A stretch of 18,683 nucleotides of DNA from a bacterium (GCA_043801585.1 JAZDLX010000133.1:1-18683); one strand, 5' to 3'; positions 7,934 to 16,370 are shown, counted from the first letter of the stretch. The notes: generated by a model from the sequence alone, not told the origin. Translations and numbers: made by a program.

Positions 7934-8681
7934 TTACAAATCCTCCATCCACTACGATGTTTTGCCCTGTGATGTATGTGTTCAACGGACTCGCGAGGAA
8001 CATCACAATCCGCGCGATTTCGTCTGGTGTGGCGAACCGGCGAAGCGGTACCTGTGCCGAAAGCGACTCGTACTCTTCCTGGCTAAGGGTAGCCTTGGTC
8101 AACTCCGTGAGGGTGAACCCGGGCGAGACGGCATTAACGAGAACGTTATAGGGGCCGAGGTCCGCTGCCACTGCTTTGGTCAGGCCAATGATGCCCCATT
8201 TGGTCGCGGAGTAGGCGGCCCGCCGTTCACGGGAGATCACACCCCAGATCGAGGCGATACTGACGATTCGTCCCGATTTGGCAGCCTTCATCAACTTGGC
8301 GACTTCACGGGTGAGCAGGAAGTGCGCCCGAAGGTTGACCGCGTGTAAAAGGTCGATGTCCTCGGTTTTGATCTCGTCAATCGGGTTGTTACGGTTGATG
8401 CCAGCGTTGTTTACCAGAACATCGAGACGGCCTAGCTTGGCAATCTTCTCAAAAAAGTCGTTCAGAGAATCGTCGTTTGTGAACTCGACCTGCATGTACT
8501 CGATTCCCTCGAGCCCTGCCGACCGGTCGTTTTCGATGCATTGATCGATTTCAGCCTGGTTGTCGCCGGTCAGGATCAGGTTCGCGCCAGCGTCGTGGAA
8601 TTCTTTTGCGATTGCGGCGCCAATCCCTCGTGTACCACCCGTTATCAGGACGGTTTGTCCGGTGAGGTCTATCGCTGTCAC
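7926..8681 (-). CDS. Classical short-chain dehydrogenase/reductase (SDR)
   Basis: 'ITGGTRGIG', 'LVNNAGIN', catalytic 'YSATK', 'VSPGF' and 'ITGQNIVVDGG'. GTG start follows AGAGGAG. Confidence 0.92.
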   Translation of the reverse strand: MTAIDLTGQTVLITGGTRGIGAAIAKEFHDAGANLILTGDNQAEIDQCIENDRSAGLEGIEYMQVEFTNDDSLNDFFEKIAKLGRLDVLVNNAGINRNNPIDEIKTEDIDLLHAVNLRAHFLLTREVAKLMKAAKSGRIVSIASIWGVISRERRAAYSATKWGIIGLTKAVAADLGPYNVLVNAVSPGFTLTELTKATLSQEEYESLSAQVPLRRFATPDEIARIVMFLASPLNTYITGQNIVVDGGFVSV

Positions 8682-8707
8682 AACTTCTCCTCTCTAGTCC
8701 AACGTCC

Positions 8708-9631
8708 TCAGAACGACACTCCAAGGTCACGCAGCAGATTTTGCACTGCCGCCAGCTCCATACTGCTGCGGCACTGGGCCGTGTACGTGCCAACGTGCGG
8801 CGTCAACAGCACGTTATCGTACTTTGTCAGCGGACCCTCGTAGGGCTCTTTCCAGAAAGCGTCGAACCATGCGGCGCCAACGATGCCGTCCTCCAGTGCA
8901 GTAATCAATGCCTGCTCGTCAACAAGGCTGCCTCGGGCGGAATTAAGCAGAATGACACCCTTTTTCACCTTGGAAAATTGGCTAGAGCCAAGGATTACCT
9001 CCTCGCCGCTGGCATGGAGACTGATAATGTCCGCGACCGTAAGCCCTTCTTCGAGGTCAACCAGTTTTTCCCCGGCGATCAGGTCCTCGGGCTTCAGAAA
9101 CGGGTCGGCAACGAGAATTTGTGGGCCGAAAACGCGCATCATCTCGGCGGTTTTGCGCCCGATCCGTCCATAGCCCACAAACAGCACCGTGCGTCCGATG
9201 AGCCCCTGGCCGATGGACTTCGCCCACTCTCCCGCGTGGAGTTTCGCATTCGTGGCAACGAGGCCACGGCTGAGGGCAAGGGCAGCTGTAACCGTCATTT
9301 CGGCAACCGCCTGCGTGGGGCCGTCGGGTGTGTTAGAAACTTTGATGCCCTTTTCACGCGCCGCTTCGAGGTCGACGTTTGCGATTCCGATTCCAACGCG
9401 CGCAATCGCCTTCAACAGGGGCGCCGACTCGAGAACCTTGCGGTTCAGCGGTTCGAGGCCGGCGATCAGCCCATCCTTGTCGGCGAGATAATCGATCGCC
9501 TCAGCCTCGGTCAACCTGCGTCCGTACGGGTTCTCTACAACCTCGATTCCCGCACTGTGCAGCATTTCGCGGGGGGCAGGATCTGAATCAGCAAAACTTG
9601 ATGTCGTAATTCCAACACGCAGCGGAGTCAC
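8708..9631 (-). CDS. D-isomer-specific 2-hydroxyacid dehydrogenase (SerA-like, no ACT domain)
   Basis: 'VAEMT', 'VGYGRIG', 'LNSARG', 'DAFWKEP' and 'LTPHVG' give the Arg/Glu/His catalytic set. At 307 aa it has no room for a regulatory domain. Confidence 0.9.
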   Translation of the reverse strand: MTPLRVGITTSSFADSDPAPREMLHSAGIEVVENPYGRRLTEAEAIDYLADKDGLIAGLEPLNRKVLESAPLLKAIARVGIGIANVDLEAAREKGIKVSNTPDGPTQAVAEMTVTAALALSRGLVATNAKLHAGEWAKSIGQGLIGRTVLFVGYGRIGRKTAEMMRVFGPQILVADPFLKPEDLIAGEKLVDLEEGLTVADIISLHASGEEVILGSSQFSKVKKGVILLNSARGSLVDEQALITALEDGIVGAAWFDAFWKEPYEGPLTKYDNVLLTPHVGTYTAQCRSSMELAAVQNLLRDLGVSF

Positions 9632-9656
9632 CGATTACCTCTTGCCACTGAGTCTG

Positions 9657-10220
9657 TCAGGAAACGGAGTATTCACTCTTTCCGATGAGCAGGTCGCAGA
9701 CGGCTGCGAGCCAGAAGGTATGCGCCGCCTCAACGATATTGTAGGCGCGACTATCAAGCCAGAAATTGATGTCACCCAGGCTTTTCAGAGGATTGTCCAC
9801 GGCGAAGCCTGTGAACGTGATAACGGTGATACCCATTTCCTTCGCAGTTTCGGCGGCGCGAACCATATTCGGAGAACGCCCGCTGGAACTGATCAGGATC
9901 GCCAGGTCGCCCGAGTCGCCGTGATGTTCGATCGCCTTGGCCACCCACAGTTCGTAACCGTAGTCGTTTCCGTAAGCGGTGATCAGCGCGGCGTCGTTGA
10001 AGGCCATCGAGCGCACCCCACCTTGCTTCGTATAGTCGAGTGCGAAGTGACTGGCGATACTGGCGCTGGCTCCGTTGCCCGCGAGAATCACCTTCTTTCC
10101 CGAGTCCCGTACCTGGACAAGTGTATCACGGAGCTGCTTAATCGTTTCCTGGATGCCGGGTGTATCCACACCACGGTGATACTGGCCAAAATAGTCCTTC
10201 AGGAATGTGTCATCGTTCAT
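9657..10220 (-). CDS. SIS-domain sugar-phosphate isomerase, GmhA-like but divergent
   Basis: 'ILAGNGASASIASHF', 'TAYGNDYGY', 'ISSSGRSPN' and 'YNIVEAAH'. Confidence 0.85.
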   Translation of the reverse strand: MNDDTFLKDYFGQYHRGVDTPGIQETIKQLRDTLVQVRDSGKKVILAGNGASASIASHFALDYTKQGGVRSMAFNDAALITAYGNDYGYELWVAKAIEHHGDSGDLAILISSSGRSPNMVRAAETAKEMGITVITFTGFAVDNPLKSLGDINFWLDSRAYNIVEAAHTFWLAAVCDLLIGKSEYSVS

Positions 10221-11208
10221 AGGATGGGTCGCTCGCGTAAATCTTGTCGACGGTTTGCATCAGCACGAGGGCATCCGCTGAGCTGCCAATCCGTATCGGC
10301 TCATCACGTTCGATGGCGTCGAAGAAATGGTCGATCTCCGAGCGCCAGGAGTGATCCTCGTGATAGGTAATCCGGTCTTCGTCCTCCCAGGTAGCGGCGG
10401 GTGCGGTGGACCGGTTTTTTGCTACTGAAAGAACTTCGTCACCGTACGTCTTGGATGATGTACGTAGACCATTGAGTACCATATATCCCCGCTCGAGGAA
10501 GATTTCCAGGGAGAAGAGGTGGCGCCACTGGGTCATCGTCGAATGCAGCGAGGCAACGATGCCGGTTTTGGAATCCTTCAAGATGGCGAAGACATTGTCC
10601 TCGATTTCGCCTTTCCAATAGCGGTTCGAGATATATGCGTGCACATCGTCAAACGAAGTGCCGAGATAAAGAAACAGGTCGAGCATGTGGATGCCCTGAT
10701 CCAGCAGGATCCCACCCCCGGCCAAGTCACGTTTTGAACGCCAGGTTTCAAAGAAGGCGGCATCCACACTTTTACCATATCGCCCTCGCATCCAGAGCAC
10801 CTGGCCGTATTCACCACTGTCTATCAGATTCTTCATGTGGCGAATGCTGGAATGGTGTCGGTGGTTAAAGCCGTACATCAGCTTTTTACCGCTGGTAGCT
10901 TCGACCTCGCGAATCTCTTCAACTTCCGCCGCACTGAATGCGGGAGGTTTCTCACAGAACACATGCTTGCCCTGCTGGAGAGCGGCGATTGTATGAGGTT
11001 TATTGAGAAAATTCGGAGTACAGATAAACACCGCATCTATGGAGGAATCTTCAATGATCTCCTCGGGGGATTCTGCCGCCACAAAGGATTCGAAATCCTT
11101 TGAAGAGTCTGCATCGTAGACCTTGACAACTTCGGCACGTCCAGCCGTGCTCACAGCTTCAGCTCTGGTGCGACCCATCTTTCCAAATCCAATAACGCCT
11201 ACCTTCAT
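10210..11208 (-). CDS. Gfo/Idh/MocA-family NAD(P)-dependent oxidoreductase
   Basis: 'VGVIGFGKMG', 'HVFCEKP', 'GFNHRH' and 'GGGILLDQGIHMLD'. RBS AAGGAGAG lies upstream. Confidence 0.92.
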   Translation of the reverse strand: MKVGVIGFGKMGRTRAEAVSTAGRAEVVKVYDADSSKDFESFVAAESPEEIIEDSSIDAVFICTPNFLNKPHTIAALQQGKHVFCEKPPAFSAAEVEEIREVEATSGKKLMYGFNHRHHSSIRHMKNLIDSGEYGQVLWMRGRYGKSVDAAFFETWRSKRDLAGGGILLDQGIHMLDLFLYLGTSFDDVHAYISNRYWKGEIEDNVFAILKDSKTGIVASLHSTMTQWRHLFSLEIFLERGYMVLNGLRTSSKTYGDEVLSVAKNRSTAPAATWEDEDRITYHEDHSWRSEIDHFFDAIERDEPIRIGSSADALVLMQTVDKIYASDPSYER

Positions 11209-11265
11209 TGTACTCTCCTTGACAACTGTGCCAGGTGTTCATCAAAGCTGGTGTGTGCGGCTGTG

Positions 11266-12357
11266 TCAGGCTCCCACATCGAGGGGGCGGAGGAAATCGG
11301 AGGGACTCTTCCAGAATGAAAGTGCGAGAACCCATGTTGATCCGGCGAGCGCACCGAGAAAGAGTGCTATCAATACCATCCGTCTACGATGCGGTTTGCT
11401 CTTCAGTGCAGAAATCTTTGCACGGTCGAGGACGACCACGGGCTGACTCTGGCGTACTTCTTCAATCCGTGAAAGCTCGTACTGCTGCCGTAAAGTCAGA
11501 TATATCTCCGTCTGAATCCGCACGTTACGCATCAGGCGATCCCGCTCAAGCTCGAGTTGGGGAGAGCCTGTAATAGATCGATTGCTCTCTTTGAATTGGG
11601 TCAGTTCATCCTCAGCCTGCGCAAGATCTTCATCCACTTGGACAATTCGTCCCTCAATAAACTCACGGTTCTTTCGCTCCAGGCTGTTGTTCATGCGGGT
11701 GGTGATCTCAGCAACCGCATCATAAAGATAATTGGCCACGTCGGCGGAGAGACCTCTCTCCTCCATCAATACGGTGACATGAATCTGCCCGGTGTTTTTA
11801 TCCTCATGTGTACTGATACGGTTTCGTAAACGTTGAATGGCCAGCTCTTCCTGGCGAAGGGCGATCAGGTTGATGCCGCCTTTCCCTTTATCCGATCCGA
11901 GCAGTAATGACCGCAGTCGTTCGCGAAACACGAGGGAGTTAGATCCCGTTGTGTCATTGTATTCCCAATAGGTGATCATGTCGACGGGTTCACCAAACTT
12001 GCTGTTTTCCCATTTATGGCGAACCATCCTGCTCATTACCGAGTAGGATTGCAGTACTTCGGGAATGTTGAAACTCTGCTTGCCACTCATGGGAAAGTTG
12101 AAACCCAGATTTGCTGCAATGCCCGTGAGGTTTTCCAGACCTCCTGGTGGCGATGAAGTGGGGTAAAGAGATACTCCGGAAGTATACAAGTTGGGGATAA
12201 ACAGGCTTATTACCGCCGTCATAAAAGCAATTCCCAGAGCTATTATACCGATGAACTTCCATCTCTCGATAAGAAGCGCAAGGATAAATTCAATGCTCAG
12301 CTCATGGGAAGAGATATCAAGATCCCGAAATCTGTCTGGAATTTGTAGGCTTTTCAG
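11266..12357 (-). CDS. Polysaccharide co-polymerase / chain-length determinant (Wzz or Wzc-N-like, no kinase domain); probable CTG start at 12357
   Basis: The frame is open upstream of the track ATG (12222) and encodes the typical Wzz N-terminus 'ELSIEFILALLIERWKFIGIIALGIAFMTAVISLFIPNLYTS'. A coiled-coil middle is followed by 'VVVLDRA...KSKP' and a second TM helix. AAGGGAG lies 5 nt upstream of CTG 12357. Confidence 0.8.
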   Translation of the reverse strand: MKSLQIPDRFRDLDISSHELSIEFILALLIERWKFIGIIALGIAFMTAVISLFIPNLYTSGVSLYPTSSPPGGLENLTGIAANLGFNFPMSGKQSFNIPEVLQSYSVMSRMVRHKWENSKFGEPVDMITYWEYNDTTGSNSLVFRERLRSLLLGSDKGKGGINLIALRQEELAIQRLRNRISTHEDKNTGQIHVTVLMEERGLSADVANYLYDAVAEITTRMNNSLERKNREFIEGRIVQVDEDLAQAEDELTQFKESNRSITGSPQLELERDRLMRNVRIQTEIYLTLRQQYELSRIEEVRQSQPVVVLDRAKISALKSKPHRRRMVLIALFLGALAGSTWVLALSFWKSPSDFLRPLDVGA

Positions 12358-12423
12358 AACGTCTCCCTTGGGGCAGTGATGGGTTCACCCGAGTGGTTTT
12401 TTGCTTGAACGATCTGGTATACC

Positions 12424-12449
12424 TAATAATATATAGTGATGCCTGTCAA
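12424..12449 (-). promoter_or_regulatory. Candidate promoter of the polysaccharide operon
   Basis: Perfect TTGACA on the minus strand (12449-12444) followed by an AT-rich tract (CTATATATTATTA) about 70-90 nt upstream of the first gene. No -10 hexamer falls at the ideal 17-nt spacing. Confidence 0.35.
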
Positions 12450-12799
12450 GAGTCTATGTAACGTATAAGGACTCTGTTCCAGATGCAATAACAAAGGTAA
12501 GTCTTAAAGGTTCAACCGGTTGCCAAACACCTGGAAGCTTACTTACGGTTTAGTCCTGCAATTCACCCCTGGGGCAGGGATAAATCCCCTTATTCCCCTG
12601 ACGTGATTCGAGAATGGATCCACTCATAGCTTCAGCGCTCTGCAGGAGTAACGCGAAGCACTGATATCCTCCGGTATACCCAGAGACTCGAATTTGTTGT
12701 GAAGGTAGTCGCCGCATCCGGTGGTAAAAAGAGCAAATTGACAAAGAAAAGCGCTTATGAAGAATCAGGGATTCTTGCCCTCTCAACTTTGTCGATAGT

Positions 12800-14014
12800 T
12801 CATTTTACCAGGAGCATCCTGCCGTTCATGACCTTGCCATTCGCCTGCAGACAGCAGAGATAAATTCCACTGGAGAGACCGTGTCCATCGAAAATAACCC
12901 GATGTTCCCCCATCTCCCACCACCCATGTGCCAGTGTCTGTATCCTGCGTCCGGTCAGATTATAGACCGAGAGATCGACACTTCCAGACTGTTCGAGTGA
13001 GAAGCGAATGGTGGTGAGTGGGTTGAACGGGTTCGGCGCGTTGGAATAGAGGGCGGTTTCAGACAATGCACTTGAGGGGGCTGCATCCTCCACCTCCGAC
13101 GATTCGAAGATTTCGCCGATGACATCACCGGTCGAGTATTCCGGAGTTAGTCCGAGTAAATACGCAGCGGTAACTGAGGCGTCTGGAAGAACTCTCACCT
13201 GGGTGGTTACATGGCCTTTGGCCACGTTCGGACCTATCGCCAGAAACATGATATGGCGGCAGCCATCACATGAGCAGCCGTGACCGGAAAATCCTCCATG
13301 GGCATCGTCGTGCCGGCCATGGTCGTTGGTGACCAGCATTGTCGTGGTGTTCTGATAAATCGGATCCGCCTGGATCGCATCCCAGAGTACACCGACGAGG
13401 CTGTCGGCAATCTGGATTGCCCGGGTGTAACGCTGCCAGTCGCCGGAATGTCCCTCGTGGTCGACGTCCGCGAAATACACCCAGAGCAGCTGGGGATGAC
13501 TGGACTCAATGACCTGGAGCGCTTCCTGCAACACATCTCTGTCCGTACTACCCTCACTGTGGAGTGTTGGCCAATAATCCGGGCCATAGTCTGGGTGAAA
13601 ACTCGGCAGCCATAAGGAATAAATGTATTTGAGCACATAAACACATTTGTCTTCGCTCGTCCCTTTCTGCTTTCGAAAGTACTCGAAAATGGTGGGATCC
13701 ACGGCGTATTGAGTCAAAATTTGATTGTAAACCGTGTCCCGGACCTCGGTCCACGACCCGCACCACAACGCCGGAATCGCACGGCTGGTGTAGGTAAATC
13801 CGTCGTTGTAGAACGCATCCACAAGTGAGCCTTCCGACGAAAGCGCATCCATTGCCGGGATGTAAGTCCGGGATGATTCACCGAAAGTTTCCGAGTACCT
13901 CGCCCCGTCGATCACGACAAACACCACGTTCTGAGCCCGCGCTAACAGAGGGATCAAAGCGATGACGATCATGACAACTAGTGCCTTCCAACTACTTCTG
14001 CAAGCACAACACAT
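12800..14014 (-). CDS. Secreted alkaline-phosphatase-superfamily enzyme (phosphatase/phosphodiesterase-like) with C-terminal T9SS type A / FlgD-Ig-like domain
   Basis: RBS GAGGTG before ATG 14014 and a signal peptide ending ARA-Q. Metal motifs 'FVVIDGAR', 'DVDHEGH', 'VTNDHG' and 'GHG'. C-terminal 'NAPNPFNPLTTIRFSL...VYNLTGRRI...LSSGIY...MLLVK'. Confidence 0.85.
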   Translation of the reverse strand: MCCACRSSWKALVVMIVIALIPLLARAQNVVFVVIDGARYSETFGESSRTYIPAMDALSSEGSLVDAFYNDGFTYTSRAIPALWCGSWTEVRDTVYNQILTQYAVDPTIFEYFRKQKGTSEDKCVYVLKYIYSLWLPSFHPDYGPDYWPTLHSEGSTDRDVLQEALQVIESSHPQLLWVYFADVDHEGHSGDWQRYTRAIQIADSLVGVLWDAIQADPIYQNTTTMLVTNDHGRHDDAHGGFSGHGCSCDGCRHIMFLAIGPNVAKGHVTTQVRVLPDASVTAAYLLGLTPEYSTGDVIGEIFESSEVEDAAPSSALSETALYSNAPNPFNPLTTIRFSLEQSGSVDLSVYNLTGRRIQTLAHGWWEMGEHRVIFDGHGLSSGIYLCCLQANGKVMNGRMLLVK

Positions 14015-14261
14015 ATTCTCACCTCACTCCCGTTGCATTCTCTACGTTACGAAACCGGGATCGCCAACACACGCCGACTGGAGCACCGGAGGCCGGATGT
14101 CGTCATTCCGACGATCATTCAATGGTTATGCTTCCGCGTCCTTGGGCTTCCCATCGATCCTCCATTCCGGTTGCAAATGTGACCGATACTCTGCACTTTT
14201 ACACGATCCCGCTCCGTTTCCAGTCCGGTCGTTGGATTTCATATCAGCCTTGGAGATACCG

Positions 14262-16370
14262 ATGAAAGTCGCCATTCAACGCCTGATTGCCCTGTGCATT
14301 CCGTTCCTTATCGCCGCCTGCACCTCTTCCATGCAGCAGGCAACGATGACGGAAGAACGGCAAGCCGTTCAACCTCCCGCTTCGATCTCCTCGCCCGATG
14401 GAATGAACCGCATCGACTTCGAGCTCCGGGATGGAGTTCCGACATACAGCGTCAGGCACGGCGAAAAAGAGGTGATTCTCCCCTCAAAACTGGGGATCAT
14501 CTTTGCCAACCTCCCTCCACTGGTGAACGAATTTACCCTCTCGGACGTCAGTTTTGACACTGTTGACTACATGTGGACCCAACCCTGGGGTGAGGTTGCG
14601 GAGATTCGGGATCATTACGCAGGGATGACCGTCGAACTTACGAACAGCAACGGAATGTCGATGACACTCCAGTTACGTGCCTACGACGATGGGATTGCGT
14701 TTCGTTATGAACTCCCCGAACAGAATGTGATGAAAAACGTCAAAACGGCGGAGATCAGGGACGAAGTCACCGAATTTGCTCTCGCGGGAAACCCCGAAGC
14801 GTGGTCGATTCCCGCCTACCAGTGGAACCGGTACGAATACCTGTACACGAAGTCTCCGGTGAGCGAACTCGATACCGTGCACACACCGGTGACGCTTGAA
14901 ACCCAAGATGGTCTCTTTCTGTGCATCCATGAAGCGGCACTGACCAATTACGCCAGCATGACCCTCGCCCACCGGGAGGGAGATCTGTTGAAGTGCGACC
15001 TCGTGCCGTGGTCGGACGGGATCAAGGTCCGTGGTCCACTGCCGATGGTCAGCCCGTGGCGGATCGTGATGATCGCAGACTCGGCGGCGGGGCTGCTCAC
15101 TTCGACGCTGGAACTGAACTGCAATGAACCGTGCCGCATCGAGGACACCTCCTGGATCAAACCCGGCAAGTATGTGGGCATCTGGTGGGGGATGCACCTC
15201 GGCATCGAAACGTGGTCATCCGGTGACAGACACGGTGCGACAACGGAGAACACGAAACGGTATATCGACTTTGCTTCTAAATACGGATTCAACGGAGTGC
15301 TCGTGGAGGGGTGGAATGTCGGATGGGACGGGGACTGGGGTGCCAACGGCGACAAGTTCAGCTTCACTCAACCCTATCCTGATTACGATCTGACAGGCCT
15401 CGCCGCCTACGCCCGAGAAAAAGGAGTAAGACTGATCGCCCACAACGAGACGAGCACAGGAATCCTGAACTACGAAACACAACTCGATTCGGCATTTGCC
15501 TTGTATCACCGGCTGGGTATCAACACGGTAAAGTCTGGGTATGTCGGCCAGAGCCGGGAGATCAAACGCCGTGATCCGGCCACCGGCGAAGTAATCGGTC
15601 TCGAGTGGCACCACGGACAGTACATGGTCGAGCACTACCGCAAGGTTGTCGAGACCGCCGCGAAATACCACCTGATGATCGACGCCCATGAACCCATCCA
15701 CGACACGGGCATTCGACGGACTTGGCCGAACATGATGACTCGGGAAGGGGCGCGTGGGCAGGAATACAACGCCTGGTCCGGTGACGGAGGCAATCCCCCC
15801 GACTATACGACCATCATTCCGTTCACACGGCTGCTCGCCGGGCCGATGGATTTCACACCGGGGATTTTCGACCTGATCCCGAAAAAGACCACGCATCCAA
15901 AAAACCGCGTCAACACGACTCTGGCAAAACAACTTGCCCTCTACGTGGTCATTTACAGCCCCCTGCAGATGGCCGCCGATCTGCCGGAAAACTACGGGGG
16001 ACAACCGGCGTTCAAGTTCATTGAAGATGTCTCGACCGATTGGGCGAAGACCGTGGCGCTGAACGGTGTCATCGGGGACTACGTGACCATCGCCCGCAAG
16101 GACCGCCACAGCGACGACTGGTACCTGGGCAGCATCACCGATGAGAATGGACGGACGTTGATTGTACCACTGAATTTCCTTAATGAAGGGGTGACGTACA
16201 CGGCCGAGATCTACGCCGACGGAGAAGGATGCGACTGGAAGACCAATCCCCTTGCCATCTCTATTACGACCAGAATGGTAACCTCCGATGATTCGTTGGA
16301 GATCGTACTGGCGCCCGGCGGCGGGCGGGCCATCCGTTTTTCGCCAATAGAGAAGGCCGCCGGAGAGTGA
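14262..16370 (+). CDS. Glycoside hydrolase family 97 (SusB-like alpha-glucosidase), predicted lipoprotein; start 14262 rather than 13962
   Basis: 'RAYDDGIAFRY', 'SWIKPGKYVGIWW', 'VLVEGWN', 'HNET', 'KSGYV', 'REGARGQE', 'PFTRLLAGPMDFTPG' and 'YSPLQMAAD'. GGAG precedes ATG 14262, then a signal peptide with lipobox IAA-C. Confidence 0.93.
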   Translation: MKVAIQRLIALCIPFLIAACTSSMQQATMTEERQAVQPPASISSPDGMNRIDFELRDGVPTYSVRHGEKEVILPSKLGIIFANLPPLVNEFTLSDVSFDTVDYMWTQPWGEVAEIRDHYAGMTVELTNSNGMSMTLQLRAYDDGIAFRYELPEQNVMKNVKTAEIRDEVTEFALAGNPEAWSIPAYQWNRYEYLYTKSPVSELDTVHTPVTLETQDGLFLCIHEAALTNYASMTLAHREGDLLKCDLVPWSDGIKVRGPLPMVSPWRIVMIADSAAGLLTSTLELNCNEPCRIEDTSWIKPGKYVGIWWGMHLGIETWSSGDRHGATTENTKRYIDFASKYGFNGVLVEGWNVGWDGDWGANGDKFSFTQPYPDYDLTGLAAYAREKGVRLIAHNETSTGILNYETQLDSAFALYHRLGINTVKSGYVGQSREIKRRDPATGEVIGLEWHHGQYMVEHYRKVVETAAKYHLMIDAHEPIHDTGIRRTWPNMMTREGARGQEYNAWSGDGGNPPDYTTIIPFTRLLAGPMDFTPGIFDLIPKKTTHPKNRVNTTLAKQLALYVVIYSPLQMAADLPENYGGQPAFKFIEDVSTDWAKTVALNGVIGDYVTIARKDRHSDDWYLGSITDENGRTLIVPLNFLNEGVTYTAEIYADGEGCDWKTNPLAISITTRMVTSDDSLEIVLAPGGGRAIRFSPIEKAAGE

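Noticed and set aside
6075..9631. Reading the aroB-, serA-, garL- and fabG-like genes as housekeeping metabolism
   Set aside because: Their usual pathway partners are absent, several motifs diverge, and they are coupled to a cytidylyltransferase between wzz and wzx. Gene symbols were therefore withheld.
5067..10370. Long plus-strand ORFs (5401-6153, 6198-6791, 7151-7972, 8741-9586, 9642-10370)
   Set aside because: They are antisense shadows of well-supported minus-strand genes in GC-rich sequence and show no recognisable motifs.
12738..12766. Plus-strand TTGACA promoter-like site
   Set aside because: No good -10 at proper spacing, and it points antisense into the 3' end of the phosphatase gene.
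12550..12786. 78-aa ORF in the intergenic region
   Set aside because: No clear RBS, no motif and a non-ATG start; probably spurious.
13962..14261. 100-aa N-terminal extension of GH97 in the ORF track
   Set aside because: It overlaps the divergent phosphatase start, while the RBS and lipoprotein signal point to ATG 14262.
15216..16109. 297-aa minus-strand ORF
   Set aside because: It lies wholly antisense to GH97 and has no motifs.
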